DNA of 50,158 nucleotides, taken from positions 1-50,158 of the forward strand of contig JAWKSK010000004.1 of assembly GCA_041389145.1 (NCBI GenBank). The letters run 5' to 3'. Positions 45,129-50,158 of the stretch are shown piece after piece. Under the pieces are notes generated by a model that saw nothing but the letters and a program-made list of their open reading frames with translations, did no database searches and had not been told where the DNA came from. This DNA is from Patescibacteria group bacterium. GTDB lineage: Bacteria > Patescibacteriota > Kazan-3B-28. Within the stretch, counting starts at the first letter, position 1. Every line of letters begins with the position of its first letter. The translations under genes were made by a program, and so were the position numbers.

Positions 45129-46039
45129 TATCTCGACAAATGCTTCTTAGTTGCCCAGTAACTTGAACTCATACCCACCACCAATGCCACTACCAACTGC
45201 AATGCAGCCAACAGTGCAAAGAAGACTGGGGTAAAGATGGTCTTCCCATCTGAGTTCACCAATTGAGCCTCTGCTAATGGAGCTACAAAACTAAAGTATA
45301 GAGCCATCACTACCGCCATAGTTAAGATGGTGGCAACAATTGCATAGATAGATCCTTCAATAATAAATGGCCACCTAATATACCAATCGGTTGCCCCTAC
45401 TAGTTTCATGATTTCAATCTCACGTCTTCTGGTAAAGATAGTGATACGAATGGTATTAAAGATGATCAACAAGGCCAATACAATCAAAATTCCAGCTAAC
45501 ACTAAGCTCGCATTCTGGATAAACGAACCCAAACTTCTCAACCTATCAATTAGGTTTTGGTTGTCTTCTAAGCTGGTTTCAGATACCAAACTAGCATTTG
45601 GACCATTGAGCATCTTTTCCACTACTCCACTAATGACCGAAGGGTCTTCTGCTTTAATCTCCAAACTAGCTGGTAAGAAGTTATCATCAGTTGGCACCAC
45701 ATCCCGAATCACGGTTCTATTTCTATTCTCTTCCAAGAACTTCTCTAAAGCTTCTTGCGGAGAAACATACACTACTTGTTTTACTCCAGCATAGCTTTCC
45801 ACCTCAGACTTTAATCCTAGAGCCTGCTCTTGAGTAGCTGTATCTTTCAAGAAGACTGCCACATCGATTCTTTCATTTACTGATTGAATCGAAGCACTAA
45901 TAACCATATTCAAAGACACTAGAATACTAACAATCAACAAAGCCTGAGCCATGATAAACACGGCAGCTAATGATAACCACCCGTTTCTTCTAAATCCGTT
46001 CCAAGCCGAACGCCAAATTCTTTGCCAAAATACTAACAT
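45128..46039 (-). CDS. ftsX: cell division permease-like protein FtsX
   Basis: Four-TM FtsX layout with a periplasmic loop domain. TAATG overlap with the ftsE end. Confidence 0.82.
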   Translation of the reverse strand: MLVFWQRIWRSAWNGFRRNGWLSLAAVFIMAQALLIVSILVSLNMVISASIQSVNERIDVAVFLKDTATQEQALGLKSEVESYAGVKQVVYVSPQEALEKFLEENRNRTVIRDVVPTDDNFLPASLEIKAEDPSVISGVVEKMLNGPNASLVSETSLEDNQNLIDRLRSLGSFIQNASLVLAGILIVLALLIIFNTIRITIFTRRREIEIMKLVGATDWYIRWPFIIEGSIYAIVATILTMAVVMALYFSFVAPLAEAQLVNSDGKTIFTPVFFALLAALQLVVALVVGMSSSYWATKKHLSR

Positions 46040-46182
46040 TATTCTGCAATATTTAAATCTGCGTCATACCTACCTCGTTTCATGTCCTTCTGAATCTTTC
46101 CATCTACCAAGGTAATCACGCGCTTATGTACCATGTTCACAACTTCAGGGTTATGAGCCACCAATAATACAGTGGTTCCCAT
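46039..46182 (-). CDS. ftsE: FtsE C-terminal fragment (H-loop part), separate ORF after an in-frame TAA
   Basis: Own translation: MGTTVLLVAHNPEVVNMVHKRVITLVDGKIQKDMKRGRYDADLNIAE. The ATG directly follows the TAA at 46185..46183. Confidence 0.6.
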   Translation of the reverse strand: MGTTVLLVAHNPEVVNMVHKRVITLVDGKIQKDMKRGRYDADLNIAE

Positions 46183-46734
46183 TTAATTAATCTTTAGTAG
46201 CAGCTTGGTAATTTCCCATGCTGTTTTTGGATCTAGGTTTCCAGTCGGCTCATCCGCAATTAAAAACTTAGGTTGGAACACTAAAGCACGAGCAATTCCT
46301 ACTCGCTGTGCCTCACCACCGGACAGTTCCTGTGGGAACCTATCCCCTTTATCCTTTAAACCTACCAAATCCAAGATCTTATTAACTTCTCTTCTGATCT
46401 CCTTATCTGGCTTTCCTGAAACCTCCATTGCAAAAGCCACGTTTTCAAACACGGTCTTATCAGATAATAACTTGTAATCCTGGAATACTACCCCAATCTG
46501 TCTGCGGTAATATGGAATGTATTCATCCCGTAATAAATGAATGTCTTTTCCATCAATTGTCACCTGTCCAAAGGTTGGCTTTTCTTCACATAACAATAGC
46601 TTTACCATCGTCGACTTACCTGCCCCAGACGGACCCACAATGGTCACAAATTCCTGTGGCTGTATGGTAAAACTCAAGTCATCTAACACCTTTTTCGAAC
46701 CGTAATGTTTGGTAACCCGATCAAAGATAATCAT
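46183..46734 (-). CDS. ftsE: FtsE ABC ATPase, N-terminal 183 codons (Walker A, signature, Walker B)
   Basis: GPSGAGKST, LSGGEAQRV, LIADEPTGNLD. Ends at ...LLLKIN-TAA where homologues continue. Confidence 0.8.
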   Translation of the reverse strand: MIIFDRVTKHYGSKKVLDDLSFTIQPQEFVTIVGPSGAGKSTMVKLLLCEEKPTFGQVTIDGKDIHLLRDEYIPYYRRQIGVVFQDYKLLSDKTVFENVAFAMEVSGKPDKEIRREVNKILDLVGLKDKGDRFPQELSGGEAQRVGIARALVFQPKFLIADEPTGNLDPKTAWEITKLLLKIN

Positions 46735-46742
46735 TCAATACC

Positions 46743-47826
46743 TTAGTTACTGATATCCCCCTCCTGCATTCGCATGGTGGTTAGTACGCTCATTATTATC
46801 TCACTTAATTGGCCATTTTTTAAAACTTCTTGCACCTGACTGGTATCATATCCGCTCCTATGGTCCTTAACTTGCTGATATGGGTGCAAAGTATAAGTTC
46901 TAATTTGCTGACCAAAGTCTCCAGAACTAGTAGCTGCCTTCATTGACCGAGCTTCATTGGCTCTGCGTTCTTCCTCTAAGACCGCCAACTTACTCTTCAA
47001 TATCCGCATTGCCATCTCCTTGTTCTGGCCTTGAGATCTCTCATTCTGGATAGCAACTACTGTATTGGTTGGAATATGAGTAATACGCACTGCTGAATCT
47101 GTGGTATTCACACTCTGCCCCCCATGCCCAGAAGCTCTATAGGTTTCAATCTTCAAATCTTCATCCTTTATCTCCACATCTGCATCCGGCAAATCAGGCA
47201 ATACTTCAACTAATGCAAACGAGGTCTGACGTAACCCTTGAGCATTGAAGGGGCTGATTCTAATCAACCGATGTACTCCAGCTTCGGCCTTCAAGTATCC
47301 ATACGCACGATACCCCTCAACTCTTACAGTGGCACTTTTAAGACCACCCTCATCCGTACTACTACTATCTACAATCTCAGTCTTCCAGCCTTGGTTTTTA
47401 GCATATTGCAGATACATGGATAACAGCATGTTGCAAAAATCTGCAGCATCCACTCCCCCAGTTCCTACATGAAACATCATCACCGCCGATGCATCGTCAT
47501 GGGCACCATTAAACAAAGTCTGGGATTCTAACCAATCTCCAAGTTCGGTTGCTCTTTCTAATAGCTCATCTGCATCCTTTTTCTCTTCCAACTCACCCAT
47601 TACCAGTTCCATTTCGGTAATGGCTTCGATCATTTTCCGGTTCATATCAAACTTGGCACTAGTCTCACCCGCTGCCTTTGGATCTTTCCAAAAGTCAGAT
47701 GCACTCATCTGTGCCTCTATTCCTTTGTTCTCTGCCTCCAATTTAGATAGGTCAAAGATAGTCCTGCAGGGCTGCCCACTGCAGGCGTAAAGCTTCGTAT
47801 TCTTTCTTCGAACCGGAATTAGGCAT
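46743..47826 (-). CDS. prfB: peptide chain release factor 2, with programmed +1 frameshift
   Basis: Frame 0: ATG 47826, MPNSGSKKEYEALRLQWAALQDYL, then TGA. Shift at TAT CTT TGA C into the long ORF (DLSKLEAEN...). SPF and GGQ (SGHGGQSVN) motifs. Confidence 0.9.
47751..47760 (-). other. RF2 +1 frameshift site TAT CTT TGA C
   Basis: Direct read on the minus strand. Identical to the canonical prfB shift heptamer context. Confidence 0.85.
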
Positions 47827-47843
47827 ATACGCATTATAGCAAG

Positions 47844-47874
47844 AAAAAAACGGTTCTACTCAGTAGTAGAACCG
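47844..47874 (-). terminator. intrinsic terminator overlapping the end of the 47856 gene
   Basis: 10-bp stem cggttctact/agtagaaccg with loop cagt, then TTTTTTT on the minus strand. Confidence 0.75.
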
Positions 47875-48194
47875 TCTGACTCGTCGGAGAACTCGAATAG
47901 TGTTCCAAGCATCTTCTTAATAAAAATCCCGGCAACGACCACCATCCCGTACAAAACATGTCCATTGGAATCAAGAAGGGCAAGAACGAGGGCGATTGGT
48001 CCAAGGACAGCAACGGTTACCTTGTTAACAAAGGATTCCGATGCATCACATGGCGTAAGAGTCATTGTCTCCCAATGCTCATCGTAGTTATGAAGCGACC
48101 ATATTGTTGCATAGTCTACCCAAAGACCGATTCCAATCCATCCAAGCACAATGAGAATCCCTATGATCATTACTTTTCTCCTTTGTTGGTACAA
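47856..48194 (-). CDS. small two- to three-TM membrane protein (hypothetical)
   Basis: The ORF starts at a TTG. The ATG at 48170 lies 7 nt after AAGGAG and is the probable start (MIIGILIVLGW...). Confidence 0.45.
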   Translation of the reverse strand: MYQQRRKVMIIGILIVLGWIGIGLWVDYATIWSLHNYDEHWETMTLTPCDASESFVNKVTVAVLGPIALVLALLDSNGHVLYGMVVVAGIFIKKMLGTLFEFSDESDGSTTE

Positions 48195-48203
48195 GATGGC
48201 CTC

Positions 48204-48232
48204 AATCTAAACTCTTTTCCTTGCTCAGTCAA
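48204..48232 (-). promoter_or_regulatory. sigma70-type promoter of the 47856 gene
   Basis: Minus strand TTGACT (48232..48227), 17-nt spacer, TAGATT (48209..48204). Confidence 0.5.
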
Positions 48233-48261
48233 CAAAAAGCCCCGCTTTTACACGGGGCTTT
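48231..48261 (-). terminator. intrinsic terminator of the LPSTG-protein gene
   Basis: Stem aaagccccg/cggggcttt (48236..48244 with 48253..48261), then a T-run on the minus strand. Confidence 0.75.
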
Positions 48262-48283
48262 CTGCATCTACCTTCTAAAGGTT

Positions 48284-50155
48284 TTAGACGTACATGTTAC
48301 GTCTGCGCATCATCATGTAGGTCATCCCGGCAAGACCGAGAGCACCAGAGATGAGAGCAAGCAACATCTGCCATTCCACACCAGTACTTGGTAATGGACC
48401 CTTACCGGTAACACAGATCAAGTTGATTGGGTTAGCGGTAATAGTTCTTGAAGCAATTTCAGAACCATTAACAGTAGCAGTTGCAGTTACGGTACGGTTG
48501 GAAGTCAAAGTTTCAAGTGCAGAAACTCTCACAGTCATTACCTTGGTTTCACCAAGAGCTAATGAGCCAACGTTCCAGTAAATGTTGTTACCGTTCAAGG
48601 TTGGACTGTTACCAGCTGAGGTGGCAGACACGAAACGAGTGTTTGCCGGAATTGGCATGGTCACGTTTACATTGTGTAATACACTGTTCTGCATGTTAGC
48701 AACAGACAAGACGTAAGTGATTACATCGTCAGTACATACAGCAGTACCACGGCTATCCAAGCTTCCGTTGAAAGAAGTAGTAATGTCATAGTTAGGAACA
48801 GTAGCAGTTACCACCATGGAAGCATTGTCGTAATCAGACAAACCATTGTAGGTACCAGTTACAGACAACACGTTGTTGTAAGTACCAGCAATGTTACCAG
48901 CATGGATAATAGCATCAGTTCCTACTCCATCCTTCAGGTAACCACCAGCATTACCAGTGATTACCCAGTTGAAGTTAGAAGCGTTAGTAACATCAGTACC
49001 GTTGTAGTAAGCACGGACGTTGTAGTAGATATCAGAATCAACTACACCGTAACCAACCTTAGGAGTAATCTCCACACGGTAGTCATTACCAACAGCAATC
49101 ACAGTAACAGTACCAGTGGTAGACTTACTTTCACCTAAACAGCTAGCAGTTACTTGCAAGTGAGCTAAACCAGTAAGACTGTTAGAACCGTAAGTAATTA
49201 CCTGTTGGTTAGCAGCAGAAGTAATACTTCCTGGACCACTAATCTCTACCCAGTTGTAATCACAGTTAGCAATTGGGTTGTTGAAGTTGTCATAAGCTTG
49301 AGCCCGAACTGGAGTGGAGTCGAAAGTGTAAATCGGGTCACGATCCACAGTCATCTTTACGTAGCTCAAGTTGTTTTGAGTTACTACCTGATACAAGGAA
49401 GCTCCTTCAGTATCAGCAGCTGCAAGACCCTTATAGGTAGCAGTTACCTTTACGAAGTTGTAATAGTTACCCTGTAAACCTGGGTTAGACTTAAACACTA
49501 CGTTTTCACCAGTGGTAGAAAGTAACTGACCAAGACTTGGACCAGTACCAATCAACATCCAGTTGAAACTTACTGGTTCAGTAGCAGGATCAATAATTGC
49601 ACCGTTGGTGTCATAAGCAGTTGCATGGTAGGTAACGTTGGTACCAGACAATACAGATGGCATATCTGGGGTAATTGCAACGTTTAACAACACACGGTCT
49701 GGCTGACCAACTACAGTTACATCAGCTGTATCAGTCAAAGCTGCACCATTACAGTTAGCAGTTGCACTAACAGCAATATTACCTGGCTGATTAGTGGTTA
49801 ATCTTGCAGTACGAGCACCGGTAACAACCATCTTGTCAGCAGGTGACCACTTTAAGTTGGTTAAGTTAACATCGGTATCACCGTTGGTGTCTTCGACATA
49901 TAACTGGAAATCTTGAGTAGCAACACCAGTAGTCTTGTTGATGTAGATGGTTGAGTTTTGTGGCTCAATTCTAAACACCTTACAGGTAACCTTTGGTTGT
50001 TCAACATCACCATAAACTACAACTCTTGCGTATGCAGATAAAGCACCAGAGTTAAGCTTAATTGCGTTCTCGTAAGTACCCTTGGTATTACCAGCGGTAA
50101 ACACTCCGTTAGCATCAACGCTACCAGCAGTAGTCTTGTTAATGCTCCAAGTCAT
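48284..50155 (-). CDS. LPXTG-anchored surface protein with repeated Ig-like domains and a DUF11-like domain (N-terminus probably beyond the right edge)
   Basis: C-terminal LPSTG, a hydrophobic stretch and an RRRN tail. Repeated T/V/N/G-rich beta domains. Confidence 0.8.
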   Translation of the reverse strand: MTWSINKTTAGSVDANGVFTAGNTKGTYENAIKLNSGALSAYARVVVYGDVEQPKVTCKVFRIEPQNSTIYINKTTGVATQDFQLYVEDTNGDTDVNLTNLKWSPADKMVVTGARTARLTTNQPGNIAVSATANCNGAALTDTADVTVVGQPDRVLLNVAITPDMPSVLSGTNVTYHATAYDTNGAIIDPATEPVSFNWMLIGTGPSLGQLLSTTGENVVFKSNPGLQGNYYNFVKVTATYKGLAAADTEGASLYQVVTQNNLSYVKMTVDRDPIYTFDSTPVRAQAYDNFNNPIANCDYNWVEISGPGSITSAANQQVITYGSNSLTGLAHLQVTASCLGESKSTTGTVTVIAVGNDYRVEITPKVGYGVVDSDIYYNVRAYYNGTDVTNASNFNWVITGNAGGYLKDGVGTDAIIHAGNIAGTYNNVLSVTGTYNGLSDYDNASMVVTATVPNYDITTSFNGSLDSRGTAVCTDDVITYVLSVANMQNSVLHNVNVTMPIPANTRFVSATSAGNSPTLNGNNIYWNVGSLALGETKVMTVRVSALETLTSNRTVTATATVNGSEIASRTITANPINLICVTGKGPLPSTGVEWQMLLALISGALGLAGMTYMMMRRRNMYV

Positions 50156-50158
50156 TGG

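Noticed and set aside
1-50158. Alternative genetic code (UGA recoding), as occurs in some CPR lineages.
   Set aside because: cysS and the EamA transporter gene end at TGA at their expected lengths, and prfB uses UGA as its autoregulatory stop. A standard bacterial code fits.
1-50158. CRISPR arrays, rRNA genes, IS elements, integrases, transposases or prophage genes that might explain the compositional islands.
   Set aside because: Reading the ORF translations and intergenic regions revealed no such features. The only repeats are the TR/VR pair, the (CA)13 tract, the 27-nt hairpin pair and intragenic domain repeats.

Overview
About 50 kb of a low-GC (roughly 35-45% by spot counts), gene-dense, mostly minus-strand bacterial chromosome. 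The gene content looks like a cell-wall-bearing, reduced-genome (CPR/Patescibacteria-like) organism, but that assignment is inference. Core genes: dcw cluster (murD, ftsW, murG, murC, ftsQ, murB), dnaX, dnaB, recR, ybaB, cysS, ftsE, ftsX, an M23 peptidase, prfB with its programmed +1 frameshift, tRNA-Gln, Fe/Mn-SOD-like, Bcp peroxiredoxin, DsbB, three NUDIX hydrolases, an SdpR/SdpI-like pair, a sortase homologue and an LPSTG surface protein. TGA is a normal stop (cysS, the EamA gene, the prfB shift site). Main result: a complete diversity-generating retroelement (DGR) lies between murB and dnaX. It has an RT, an oppositely oriented Avd-like gene, and a 134-bp TR/VR pair whose 22 mismatches all fall on TR adenines. 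A (CA)13 tract sits between an SD+ATG and the Avd reading frame and could act as a phase switch. Second theme: at least seven single-gene cassettes with higher GC (about 50-65%). Each has a near-consensus sigma70-type promoter, a strong SD and an intrinsic terminator. They sit between core genes (one splits murD from ftsW), with no integrase or transposase nearby. Two of them end next to the same 27-nt hairpin. Other oddities: an in-frame TAA in ftsE followed directly by ATG, and a sortase homologue with no cysteine. No CRISPR array, rRNA or IS element was seen. All family assignments come from motif recognition by eye, not searches.
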